This document shows positions 1-12,312 of a stretch of DNA of 64,000 bases, one piece after another (within the stretch, counting starts at the first letter, position 1; each line of letters starts with the position of its first letter). The position numbers and the translations under genes were made by a program. Origin of the DNA: the human T2T-CHM13v2.0 reference genome, Homo sapiens. Location: the NCBI RefSeq assembly GCF_009914755.1, contig NC_060943.1, one strand, 5' to 3'. Under the pieces are notes generated by a model that did no database searches, was not told the origin of the DNA, and saw only the letters and a program-made list of their open reading frames with translations.

Positions 1-1050
1 GGTAGGAGAAAAGAGTAACATCACCTAGGTGCTGGTCCAGGAATATGTCACAATACCGTATTAGGGGAGGATCCAGGAAAAGAGTCATATTACCTAGGTG
101 AAGTGCTTAGAGATGTGTCACAATGACCCCTATGGGTAGGACTCAGGAAGAAGAGAAGAGTTAAATTACCTAGAAGCTGTGCCCAGCTATATGTCACAAT
201 CAGCCCAGTGGGAAAAGCCAAGGCATGAGGCACATCATGTAGGTGCTGGGTCAAGTGATATGTCACAACCTCCTCTGTGGACAGGTCCCAGGAAGAAAAG
301 GAGACACACATCATCTAGCAGAAAAGCCCAAAGTATGTAATGATGATTCCTATGGGCAAGGATCAAGGCAGTAGAATCACATCATCTGTGTGCTGGGCCC
401 AGTCATAAGTCACTCTCTTCTGTAGGCATAGCCCAGGCAGGAGAGCAGAGTTACATCAACTAAGTGCTGGACCCAGAGATATGTCACATTCTCTCCTATG
501 GGCAAAGAGCAGGTATAATATGGTAACCACTTCAAATACTTGAGCTTCCAGAGACCATGTCACAATGGTCTCTATGGTTAGGGTTCAAGCAGGAGACTCA
601 CGTCACGTTGATTGTGGCCCCAACAATATGTCACAATGTTTTCTGAGAAGAGGGTCAAGGTAAAAAAGCAATGTCACTTTGGTATTGGGCCCAGCAATAT
701 GTCACTGTCTCCCATGTGAGCAGATATCAGGCAAGAGAAGAGAATCACATCACCTTAGTTATGAGCACAGACATGTCACAAAGCCCCAAGTAGGTAGTGC
801 CAAGGCAGGAGAATAGTGTCACATCACCTAGGTGCTGGGTCCAGTGATATGCCACAATCCCATCTGTCAGCTAGGCCCCCCACAAGAGTCAAATCACTCA
901 GGTGCTAGGAGAGGTGTATGTCACAATAACATCTACAGGAAGATCCAGGGGTGAGATTAACAATTCCGTACTTGTCCCAGTTTTAGGTATAAGAGTCAAC
1001 ACCTCCTGAATGTTGAGTCTAAGTACATGAGTCACAATCTCAAGAGTGGA
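1..1050. repeat. Beta-satellite-like (BSR/Beta) tandem array, ~70-76 bp unit, running off the window start
   Basis: TGTCACAAT-like motif recurs at ~46,116,192,261,336,408,482,558,629,700,774,850,919 with CATCACCTAGGTGCTGGG-like motifs in between; such arrays are known to intersperse 19p12 ZNF genes. Confidence 0.8.
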
Positions 1051-1554
1051 CTGCATGAAAGCCTCTATTCCTCCTGTAAACTTTGTATTCTTAGTAAAGT
1101 CGCCATTTCATGGGTGTGCTGAACCATAGTGTGGGAGTCACCAACCTACCTGTGGACCAGATCTATGTTTGCAAGTCAATTTTCCAACTTTTGACTGCCT
1201 TCGGGTGTAGGATTCAGAAACTCCACAGTGGGCTGTGTGATGTCACCAGCTAAAGGGCTATTCATGCACAGAAGGGTTGTTATTGTAATCATCATGGTTT
1301 CTGTTGCTTTTACCTTGTTAAGAATACATGCGTGGCTCATAATTGTGCTAGAAAACCCTAAGGGTTTTGGTTAAATTACCTGTTGTTGTATGTTATAAAG
1401 TAGACATAAAATTGGCCAAAATAGATTAAAATTCTACAAATGTGGAGTCAAGTTTCTCTTGACTCCAAGAGAAACTTGGAGGCTTAGGAAAGACAGACCT
1501 GGAAAAAACCCAATAAAAGGCTAATCAGAAGCTCAGAAAAACTGCAACCAGCTG

Positions 1555-1800
1555 TCCTTTATCTACCTATGACCTGGAAGCTCCCACCCCACTTCGTGTT
1601 GTCCCACCTTTCTGGACAATGTACATCTTACATATAGTGATGGATGTCTCCTGTCTCCCTAAAATGTATAAAACTAACACATGCCCCAACCACCTTGGGC
1701 ACGCATTGTCACAGCCTCCTGACACTGTGTCACCGGTGTGTTCTTAACCTTGGCAAAATGAACTTTCTAAATTGAGACCTGTCTCGATACTTTGGGTTCA
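1555..1800 (+). mobile_element. MER4-family ERV1 LTR, 3' part
   Basis: ACCTATGACCTGGAAGC...TGTCTCCCTAAAATGTATAAAAC...CCACCTTGGGCAC...CTAAATTGAGACCTGTCTC resembles the MER4A 3' end. Confidence 0.7.
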
Positions 1801-1892
1801 AATTAGTAATTTCAGGTAGAAATTAAAATTCTTCTTACAATAGAAACAAACAAAAGGACTAAACAGAGAAAAACTAATAAAAGTGTGCTCAA

Positions 1893-2179
1893 GGCCGGGC
1901 ATGTGCTCACACCTGTAATCCCAGCACTTTGAGAGGCTGAGGTGGATCACTCGAGGTCAGGAGTTCAAGACCAGCATCGCCAACATGGTAAAACCCCATC
2001 TCTACTAAAAATGCAAAAATTAGCAAAGCACAGTGGTGCGTGCCTGTAATCCCAGCTACTCAGGAGGGTGAGGCAGGAGAACCATTTGCACCCGAGGGCA
2101 GGGGTTGAAATGAGCCGAGATTGCACAACTGCACTTCAGCCTGGGTGACAAGAGTGAAACTCCATCTAAAAAAAAAAAA
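1893..2179 (+). mobile_element. Alu (S-type)
   Basis: GGCCGGGC start, two arms, A-tail. Confidence 0.95.
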
Positions 2180-2199
2180 TCTAAAATTTATATGGTATG

Positions 2200-3560
2200 A
2201 CAAAAAACTCTGAAGAGCAGAAGGATTCAAGCAAAAAAGAAAGGCTAAAAGTATCATCCTACTTGACTTTGAAATATACAGCAAAGCTATAGTAATGAAA
2301 ACAGTATGATACTTGAACAAAAATAGTCACATTGGCCAATGGAGAATAAAAGAGAAACCAGAAATACATCCATGTATTTAAGGCTAACCAATTTTTTATA
2401 TAGATGACAATTTCTTAGGAAAATGACAGTATCTTTAAATGTAAAGCCTGAAGCTCTGAAACTACTAAAAAATATATAGATTGAAAGCCCTATAACATTG
2501 GTTTGGGCAGTGATTTTTTTTATTTAACCTCAAAATCCCAGGGAACTAAAGATCATACATGTGACAAGGGGTGAATATCAAGATTATGTAAGAAAGTAAA
2601 AAACAAATAACTACTAAAAATGAGCAAAAGGCTTAAATATTTTTCAAAAAAAGACATACATATGGCCAACAGATATTTAAAAATGCTCAATGTCACTTAT
2701 TATCAGAGAAAGGCAAGCCAAAAAATCTATGAGATATAAAGTCACTCATATTAGAATGATTCTTATTAAAAAGAAAAAAAAGCATTGGTAAAGATGTGAA
2801 GAAAAGGGAATGCTTGCACACTGCAGGTTTGAGTGTAAATGAGGAAAACCATTATGAAAACTGAAATAGAGATTTCTTAATAAATTTAAAATCAAACTAC
2901 CATATAATACAGCAATTTCACTATTGGATATATATATTTAAAAACAAATGAAATAAGAATGAGAAACATTTGCACTTCTATGTTGTTTGCAACACTCTTC
3001 ACAATAGCCAAAATATAGAATCAACAGTTCAACATCCAATGAGTAAATATTGACAATGTAGTATATATACACAATGGAATACTATTTCTCTTTTAGAAAG
3101 AAAACTCTATTATGTTCAATCACATGGATTAACCTGGAGGACATTATATTAGTTTAAATAAGCCAGGAACAGAAACATTAAAATTTTATGATTTCACCTA
3201 CACAGGAATGATATAAAACTTAAATTAAGTAGAGAGCAAAATTGTAACCATCAGACGCCAAGGTATTTAGAAGAAAGAGGGCTTTAGAAAGATGTTTGTC
3301 AAAGAATACATAATTATAATAGCATACAAGTAACACATTCAAAAGACTGATTGTACAGCATGGTATCTACAGTTAATAGTAATGTATTTTTGAAAAATGC
3401 TAGGATAATGTCATGTGCTCTTACCACAAAAATGTTAACTGTGTGAAGTAAAGCATTAATTACCTAAAATTAAGCATTTGACAATGTATATATATACTTC
3501 AAAACATGTTTTACAGAACATGTTTTATCTATCAAGTTGAAAAATATATATTTGAAACAT
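2200..3560 (+). mobile_element. Old L1 (L1M-type) ORF2 end/3' UTR fragments
   Basis: Degenerate L1 motifs (AAAGCTATAGTAATGAAAACAGTATGATACT; ACAATGGAATACTATT; AACCTGGAGGACATTAT). Confidence 0.75.
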
Positions 3561-3581
3561 TATAGAAGGATACCAATTTTT

Positions 3582-4095
3582 TCAAATACTCTCTGTCTTT
3601 GTCATTAACTTGGCTAAATAGTATCCAAAATATATTTTTGTGCTGTTTTTGTCATTTAATTTTTCAGTCATAACCATAGGAGCTCTGACATTTAACAGCA
3701 TGTTCTGAATGCAGTACTGTGCATAGGAGGAGCCAATGTACATTAGGGTTTTTATTTTAAGCTTGGGACAGCAGGAGTTTCTGGGGCTAATTGCAATGGT
3801 ATGAAAGACATTAAAAGGGCAGGTGTTGTTTGTTCTCAAGACTGGCCACTGTTTGAACACAGTAAACAAGTTTGCATGCAAAATAATAGGAAATGTTTTA
3901 ATCTGAAAGCCATCGTAACCTCATCTCCAAAATTTTTTCAGAGAAAATGACCAAAGAGTTGCCTACAGTGAGGTGACTAAAAATAAAAACTGTAGACTGA
4001 ACTTCACCAACTTCAAAAATTATACAACAGTAAAAATTTTCTCCAAATTGTAATATCAGTATGAAAAATAAACACTTCAAATGTCTAATCAACAG
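3582..4095 (-). pseudogene. Vomeronasal type-1 receptor (V1R/VN1R) pseudogene fragment, ~TM1-TM4/ECL2, frameshifted
   Basis: Minus-strand translations STVFIFSHLTVGNSLVIFS, ACKLVYCVQTVAS and TC..VFHTIAISPRNS...KLK..YIG....IQNMLLNV..PM...N.KN..K.YFGY match the V1R motifs HLxxANxLV, GCKL, FQAITISP and NMLVN in the expected order across frameshifts. Confidence 0.8.
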
Positions 4096-4454
4096 AGTAC
4101 ATTTTATTATTTTTCAACATTTAACATTTACACTTAAAAATAGGAGTCTGTATAAAAATGTAACGTGCTGTATCATAGAAAATTAAATTTAGAATCCTTA
4201 CTTACCACTAACTCTCTTTTAAATATAACTTATAAGATATATTTTGTAACAAATTTTATGCTTGCCACACTTTGTGTAAGAATCCAATAAGATTCTTCTT
4301 TTACAAACAAAGAAAAACAATGTTAACTGATTTAATTATTCCACGTGTGGACAGTGTATGTCTCTTATTTTAATTAACTAATCTGAAAGTTATATTGGCA
4401 AGCAAATTCTCCACTTAAAATCCATTTTTTAGCACATTAAAAATAGCAACTTTT

Positions 4455-4737
4455 GGCCAGGGGTGATGGCTCATGCCTGTAATCCCAGCATTTTGGGAGG
4501 CTGAGGAGGTGGGGATCATGCGGTCAGGAGTTCGAGACCAGTCTGGCCAATATAGTGAAACCCCATCTCTACTAAAAATACAAAAGTTAGCTGGGCATGG
4601 TGGCGCATGCCTGTAGTCCCAGCTACTTGGGAGACTGAGGCAGAAGAATCACTTGAACCCAGGAGGCAAAGGTTGGAGTGAGCCAAGATCACACCACTGC
4701 ACTCCAGCCTGGGTGACAGAATGAGACTCCATCTCAG

Positions 4738-4768
<31 letters not shown>

Positions 4769-4775
4769 CAAAACC
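4455..4775 (+). mobile_element. Alu with (CAAAA)n tail
   Basis: Full dimer, CAACTTT on both flanks. Confidence 0.95.
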
Positions 4776-5460
4776 AACCAACTTTCTCATCAGAACCTAC
4801 AAAATACCATGTAAAATAACATGGTAGGAAGACAACTGAGACAATTGTAGCTGTAACACAGAAAAAGAATTAGAAGAACTGTGATGCATACATACTTGAA
4901 ATGAATATATGACAAACAAAACTGAACATAATTAAAAAATAAAGAAGCAGAATTTCTCTTTAAATTCAGCAAGAGTAAACTTTGCATCCTGGGAAAAATG
5001 TCCTCTCAACATGAGGAATCAATGTAATTTCTTCTCCATTGATATTTTCCATTCTGACTTAAAGTTACAAACTAACTCCAGGAGGAATACTTATGGCTTA
5101 TCATGAAGCATCTGCTACACAGCAAGCACTGCCATGTTTGTTTGCTGCATTTATATACAAAAACATCCTCTTGACTTATCGAAGCCTTCCTAGTACTTAC
5201 CTGAACAAACTTGCTCAGTAAATAAACTTATGACAATTTTAAAAATAGAGAAGAACAATAACCAAGTAAAAGTGAGCTTATATAGGGTTCTCCAAGTAAA
5301 AGAAATAAATGAAATCTTCTAACTAAATAAAATATAACTTAATACACTAATTGTGGAATTACATCTAAAAATCATTTCATGTACACTACTAAATTTCATA
5401 AAAATTATTCTTATACTCCATGACCAGCTCACATAATGTATACTTCATAAACTACAAAAC

Positions 5461-5676
5461 AATATATGATATATATGAGATATATATGTGATATATATAT
5501 GAGATATATATGATATATATATGATATATATATGAGATATATATGAGATATATATATGATATATATATGAGATATATATGATATATATATGAGATATATA
5601 TATGATATATATGAGATATATATATGAGATATATATGATATATATATGAAATATATATATATGACATATATATATG
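5461..5676. repeat. AT-rich compound microsatellite (ATATATATG/ATATATGAG)n
   Basis: Direct reading. Confidence 0.95.
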
Positions 5677-6521
5677 AAAAAAGAAAATTGTGGGTCTTGC
5701 ATTGAGTACCAGGCAAGTAAAAACAAAGAAATTTCATGGGGAGATTCTGAACCATAAGATGTAAGATTTTACAGTAATGAATTCAATACAAACCAGAGAG
5801 TACAGATTTGCTTTCCAGATTTTTTAGGTTTTTGGTTTTCTAGTAAATTAGTCACCTTATTACAATAATTTGTTCTGTTCTAATAATTTTTTTTCTGAAA
5901 ATAGGTACAAACTCATAATTACACAAACACACTTACTTCATAATTTTCTTCTAAGGTATAGCTTTAGAGTAATATATATGTATGTTTAACCCTATGTAAA
6001 TAAAAACTAAAAGTCTGCATGGGGCTACCCCCTTTGGGTCCCCTCCCTTTGTATGGGAGCTCTGTTTTCACTCTATTAAATCTTGCAACTGCACACTCTT
6101 CTGGTCCATGTTTGTTATGGCTCGAGCTGAACTTTTGCTCACCATCCACCACTGCTGTTTGCTGCTGTCACAGACCTGCCGCTGACTTCCACCCCTCCAG
6201 ATCCAGCAGGGTGTCTGCTGTGCTCCTGATCCAGCGAGGTGCCCACTGCCAATCCCAATAGGGCTAAGGCTTGCCATTGTTCCTGCATGGCTAAGTGCCT
6301 GGGTTTGTCCTAATTGAGCTGAACACTAGTCACTGGGTTCCACGGTTCTCTTCCGTGACCCACGGCTTCTAACAGAGCTATAACACTCACTGCATGGCTC
6401 AAGATTCCATTCCTTGGAATCTGTGAAGCCAAGAACCCCAGGTCAGAGAACAAGAGGCTTGCTGCTATCTTGGAAGCAGCCCGCCACCACCTTGGGAGCT
6501 CCAGGAGCAAAGACCCCTTCA

Positions 6522-6539
6522 TGGCAACCACGAAGGGAC
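6522..6539 (+). other. Retroviral primer binding site
   Basis: TGGCAACCACGAAGGGAC directly after U5, followed by a splice donor GTGAGT at 6550. Confidence 0.85.
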
Positions 6540-8440
6540 CTCTAAAGCAGTGAGTAAAATTGGACCACTTTCACCTTGCTATTCTGTCCTGCCCTTCCTT
6601 AGAATTGGAGGAAAATACTGGGCACCTGTCAGCCAGTTAAAAACGATTAGTGTGGCCGCCGGACTTAAGACTCAGGTGTGAGGCTGTCTGGGAAAGGGCT
6701 TTCCAACAATCCCCAACCCTTCTGGATTGGGAGCGTTGGTCTGCCTGGAACCAGCTTCCACTTTCAATTTTCCTGAGGAAGCCGAGGGCTGACTAGAGGC
6801 AGAAAGCTGTCGTCCCGAACTCCCAGCGTTAGCCGATTGAGATCATGGTGCAGCCAGAAGTCTCTACTCAACAGTCTCCCATGCGTGCACCCCTACCTTT
6901 CCTTCTGACCCATATCTCCTGGGTCCTGACTATGACTTTCTTGAAAGTGTAGCCCCAAAATTCTCCTTATCTCTGAATCTACTTCCTCTGATCCCTGCCT
7001 CCTAGGTACTAATGGTTCAGATTTTCATTTACTCTAGCAAGTTGTATCTCCAAAGGGATGTAAGGAAGCTCTACACTGTGTCCTTAGGCCCCTAGGCTAT
7101 GAACCCACAAAGTCTTGTCCCTGGTGTCCCTCCCAATTTAGGTATACAGCTCTCAGCATGGGCAGTTACACAGGACCTGTTCCCCACCACCCTTGCCAGG
7201 GCCCCAAGTTTGTAAAGAGCTAGGAGAAAAGAGAGAGAGACAGAGGGGAGAGAAAGAGAGAGAGACAAAGAGGGAGAAAGAGAGAGAGACAAAGAGGGAG
7301 ACAGAGAGAGAGAGACAAAGAGAAAGATAGAAGTAGTAAAGAAAAAACAGTGTGCCCTATTCCTTTAAAAGCCAGGGTAAATTTAAAACCTATAATTGTT
7401 CATTGAAAGTCTTCTCTGTGACCTTATAACACTCCAATACCACTTGGCTGTCAGTGTAAACAAGGGCGTAGCCCTAAAGCACTGAGGCCACTGACAACCC
7501 ATAGCCTTCCTATCAAAAATTCTTAACCCAGTAACCCATGGATGGGACAAATGCATTCAGTCAGTAGTGGCACTGCTTTGCTATAAGTAGAAAAACTTTA
7601 GAGGGAACCTCATTGTGAGCACACCTTGCCAGTTCAGAGCTATCCTAAGTCAAAAAAAAAAAAAGCAAAAAGGTAGCTTACTAACTCAAATCTTAAAGTA
7701 TGGGACTATTCTGTTAGAAAAAGGTGATTTAACATTGACCACTGAAAATTCCCTTAACCCAGCAGATTTCCTAACAGGGGATTTAAATCTTAATTACCAT
7801 ACAAAGGTCCAACCAGACCTAGGAGGAACTCCCTCATGACAGGACCATAGATGGTTCCTCCCAGGTGATTGAGGAAAAAAAAAAAAACACACACACACAA
7901 TGGGTATTCAGTAATTGAGGTAAACTCTTGTAGAAGCAGAGTTAGGAAAATTGCCTAATAACTAGTCTGCTCAAACGTGTGAGCTGTTTGCACTCAGCCA
8001 AGCCTTAAAGTACTTACAGAATCAAAAAACTCTATCTCGGTCCTGACTCAAAAGGTTACCCACACCCTCTCTGAAGTGAATTTGCATATGAACTGTTGTT
8101 TGTAGGAATGCATCTTGATGGGGCATCTGGGTTGTTATGAAATATTCAGGAACCCCGCCTAGCTCTAGAACTCACCTATGAGCACAAAGTCAACATTAGG
8201 CATGCTGGTAAAGGACCACTAGAATCCAGCAGCCCAGACCCCTTTCTTTGTGGTCAAGAAAGGTGGGAAAACAGGTGCAGAACTGCTACATCAGTAAACG
8301 TAACTAATCCAATAAGCAGAAGTCCATGGGGTTACACACTCTGGAAAGGAATAAGCATTAGGACCATAGAGGATGCTGCAGGACTAATGCTCATCGGAAA
8401 ATGACTAAGGGTACTAGCATCCTTATGTTTTTTTTTTCAG

Positions 8441-9470
8441 ATGGGAAACATTCCCTCCAAGGCAAAAATGCCCCTAAGATGTATTCTGGAGAATTCAGCC
8501 CAGTCAGGGTATATGTACCTTTTTCCCTGTCAGACTTGAGGCAAACTGAAATAGCCCTAGGTAAATTATCAGATAACCCTGATGGCTATATTGATGTTTT
8601 ACAAGGGTTAGGACAATCCTTTGATCTGACATGGAGAGATAAAATGTTACTGTTAGATCAGACACTAACCCCAAATGAGAGAAGTGCCACCATAACTGCA
8701 GCCTGAGAGTTCGGTGATCTCTGGTATGTCAGTCAGGTCAATGATAGTATGACAACAGAGGAAAGAGAATGATTCCCCACAGGCCAGCAGGTAATTCCCA
8801 GTGTAGACCCTCATTGAGACGCAGAACCAGAACATGTAGATTGATGCTGCAGACATTTGCTAACTTGCATGCTAGAAAGACTAAGGAAAACTAGGAAGAA
8901 GCCTATTAATTATTCAATGATGTCCACTATAACACAGGGAAAGGAAGAAAATCCTACTGCCTTTCTGGAGAGACTAAGGGAGGCATTAAGGAAGCATATC
9001 TCTCTGTCACCTGACTCTATTAAAGGCCAACTAATCTTAAAGGATAAGTTTATCACTCAGTCAGTTGCAGACATTAGAAAAAAACTTCAAAAGTCTGCCT
9101 TAGGCCTGGAGCAAAACTTAGAAACCCTGTTGAACTTGGCAACCTCGGTTTTTTATAATAGAGATCAGGAGGAACAGGCAGAATGAGACAAATGAGATTA
9201 AAAAAAAAAAAGGCTTTAGTCATGGCCCTCAGGCAAACAGACTTTGGAGGCTCTGGAACACGGAAAGCCTGGGCAAATCAAATGCCTAATAGGGCTTCCT
9301 TCCAGTGTGGTCTACAAAGACACTTTAAAAAAGATTGTCCAAATAGAAATAAGCCACCCCCTCATCCATGCCCCTTATGTCAAGGGAATCACTGGAAGGC
9401 CCACTGCCCCAGGGGATGAAGGTCCTCTGAGTCAGAAGCCACTAACCAGATGATCCAGCAGCAGGACTGA
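8441..9470 (+). pseudogene. HERV-W gag, disrupted, with matrix-region deletion
   Basis: MGNIPSK start after a TTTTTTTCAG acceptor; QGKEENPTAFLERLREALRK (MHR region); zinc knuckles FQCGLQRHFKKDC and CPLCQGNHWKAHC; internal stops and frameshifts. Confidence 0.9.
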
Positions 9471-12062
9471 GGGTGCCCGGGGCAAGCGCCAGCCCATGCC
9501 ACCACCCTCACAGAGCCCCGGGTATTCTTAACCATTGAAGGCCAGGTGGTTAACCACCTCCTGGACACTGGCGTGTCAGTCTTACTCTCCTGTCCCAGAC
9601 AACTGTCCTCCAGATCTGTCACTATCTGAGGGTTCCTAGGACAGCCAGTCACTAGATACTTCTTCCAGCCACTAAGTTGTGACTGGGGAACTTTACTCTT
9701 TTCACATGCTTTTCTAATTATGCCTGAAAGCCCCACTCGCTTTTTAGGGAGAGACATTCTAGCAAAAGCAGGGGCCATTATACACCTGAACATAGGAGAA
9801 GGAACACCTGTTTGTTGTCCCCTGCTTGAGGAATTAATCCTGAAGTCTGGAAAACAGAAGGACAATATAGGCAAGCAAAGAATGCCCGTCCTGTTCAAGT
9901 TAAACTAAAGGAGTCCACCTCCTTTCCCTACCAAAGGCAGTACCCCTTTAGACCCGAGGCCCAACAAGGACTCCAAAAGATTAAGGACCTAAAAGCCCAA
10001 GGCCTAGTAAAACCCTGCAATAGCCCCTGCAATCCTCCAATTTTAGGAGTACAGGAACCTAACGGACAGTGCATGTTAGTGCAAGATCTCAGGATTATCA
10101 GTGAGGCCGTTGTCCCTCTATACCCAGCTGTATCTAACCCTTATACTCTACTCTGCTTTCCCAAATACCAGAGGAAGCAGAGTGTTTTACAGTCCTGGAC
10201 CTTAAGGATGCCTATTTCTGCATCCCTGTACATCCTGACTCTCAATTCTTGTTTTTCTTTGAAGATCCTTCGAACCCAACATCTCAATTCACCTGGATTG
10301 TTATACCCCAAGGGTTCAGGGATAACCCCCATCTATTTGGCCAGGCATTAGCCCAAGACTTGAGCCAGTTCTCATACCCGGACACTCCTGCCCTTCGGTA
10401 TGTGAATAATTTACTTCTAGACGCCCATTCAGAAACCTTGTGCCATCAAGCCACCAAAGCGCTTTTAAACTTCCTCACCACTTGTGGCTACAAGGATTCC
10501 AAACCAAAGGCTCAGCTCTGCTTACAGCAGGTTAAATACTTAGGGCTAAAATTATTTAAAGGCACTAGGGCCCTCGGTGAGGAAAGTATCCAGCCTATAC
10601 TGGCTTATCCTCATCCCAAAACCCTAAAAGCAACTAAGAGGGTTCTTTGGCATAACAGGCTTCTGCCAAATATGGTTTCCCAGGTACGGTGAAACAGTCA
10701 GGCCAGTATATACACTAAGTAAACTCAGAAAGCCAATACCCATTTAGTAAGATGGACACCTGAAGCAAAAGAGGCTTTCCAGGCCCTAAAGAAGGCCCTA
10801 ACCCAAGCCCCAATGTTAAGTTTGCCAACAGGGCAAGGCTTCTCTTTATATGTCACAGAAAAAACAGGAATAGCTCTAGGAATCCTTACACAGGTTCAAG
10901 GGACCAGCTTGCAACCTGTGGCATACTTGAGTAAGAAAATTGATGTAGTGGCAAAGGGTTGGCCTCATTGTTTACAGGTAGTGACGGCAGTAGCAGTCTT
11001 AGTATCTGAAGCAGTTAAAATAATACAGGGAAGAGATCTTACTGTGTGGACATCTCATGATGTAAATGGTATACTCACTGCTAAAGGAAACTTGTGGCTG
11101 TCAGACAACCATTTGCTTAAAAATCAGGCTCTATTAATTGAAGGACTAGTGCTGAGACTGCGCACTTGTGCAACTCTTAACCCAGCCACATTTCTTCCAG
11201 ACAATGAAGAAAAGAGAGAACGTAACTGTCAACGGTGATTGCTCAAACCTATGTCACTCAAAGGGACCTTCTAGAGATTCCCTTGACTGATCCCTACCTC
11301 AACTTGTATACTGATGAAAGTTCCTTTGTAGCAAAAGGGCTTTGAAAAGCAGGGTATGCAGTGGTCAGTGATAATGGAATACTTGAAAGTAATCCCCTCA
11401 CTGCAGGAACTAGCGCTCAGTTGGCAGAACTAATAGCCCTCATTCGGGCACTAGAATTAAGAAAAGGAAAAAGGGTAAATATATATACAGAATCTAAGTA
11501 TGCTTACCTAGCCCTCCAAGCCCACACAGCAATATGGAGAGAAATGGAATTCCTAACTTCTGAGGGAACACCTATCAAACATCAGGAAGCTATTAGATTA
11601 TTATTGGCTATACAGAAACCTAAAGAGGTGGCAGTCTTACACTGCTGGGGTCATCAAAAAGGAAAGGAAAGGGAAATAGAAGGGAACCGCCAAGCGGACA
11701 TTGAAGCCAAAAGAGATGCAAGGCAGGACCCTCCATTAGAAATGCTTATAGAAGGACCCCTAGTATGGGGTAACCCCCTCCAGGAAACCAAGCCCCAGTA
11801 CTCAGCAGAAGAAACAATGGGGAACCTCACGACGACAGTTTCCTCCCCTCAGGATGGCTAGCCACTGAAGAAGGAAAAATACTTTTGCCTGCAGCTAACC
11901 AATGGAAATTACTTAAAACCCTTCACCAAACCTTTCCCTTAGGCATTAATAGCACCTATCAGATGGCCAAATTATTATTTACTGGACAAGGCCTTTTTAA
12001 AACCATCAAGCAGATAGTCAGGGCCTGTGAAGTGTGCCAAAGAAATAATCTCCTGCACTGCA
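9471..12062 (+). pseudogene. HERV-W pro-pol (protease, RT, RNase H, integrase N-terminus), disrupted
   Basis: LLDTG protease motif, LGRDIL, PQGFRDNP, YVNN in place of YVDD, SAQLAELIAL RNase H, H..CEVC integrase zinc domain; many frameshifts. Confidence 0.9.
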
Positions 12063-12079
12063 GGCCATACATTTCAATT

Positions 12080-12312
12080 CCTGTATCTTTAACCTCCTTG
12101 TTAAGTTTGTCTCTTCCAGAATCCAAGCTGTAAAGCTACAAATCGTTCTTCAAATGGAGCCCCAGATGCAGTCCATGACTAAGATCTACCGTGGACCCCT
12201 GGACCGGCCTGCAAGCCCATGCTCTGATGTTGATGACATCAAAGCCACCCCTCCTGAGGAAATCTCAACTGCACAACCCCTACTATGCCCCAATTCAGCA
12301 GAAAGCAGTTAG
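12080..12312 (+). pseudogene. HERV-W env C-terminal (cytoplasmic tail) remnant
   Basis: Frame reads CIFNLLVKFVSSRIQAVKLQIVLQMEPQMQSMTKIYRGPLDRPASPCSDVDDIKATPPEEISTAQPLLCPNSAESS*, syncytin-1/MSRV-like. Confidence 0.9.

Noticed and set aside
1-1050. Repeat-spacer-like periodicity resembling a CRISPR array
   Set aside because: Whole units are homologous and degenerate (satellite), the context is primate, and there are no cas genes.
5429-5755. Three overlapping Ile/Tyr/Ser-rich ORFs
   Set aside because: Translation artefacts of the AT-rich microsatellite.
7223-7345. Long AG-rich tract
   Set aside because: A normal part of the HERV-W leader region, not a separate feature.
8401-12133. HERV-W gag/pol ORFs as functional proteins
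   Set aside because: Fragmented by stops and frameshifts, RT catalytic aspartates lost, no 5' promoter.
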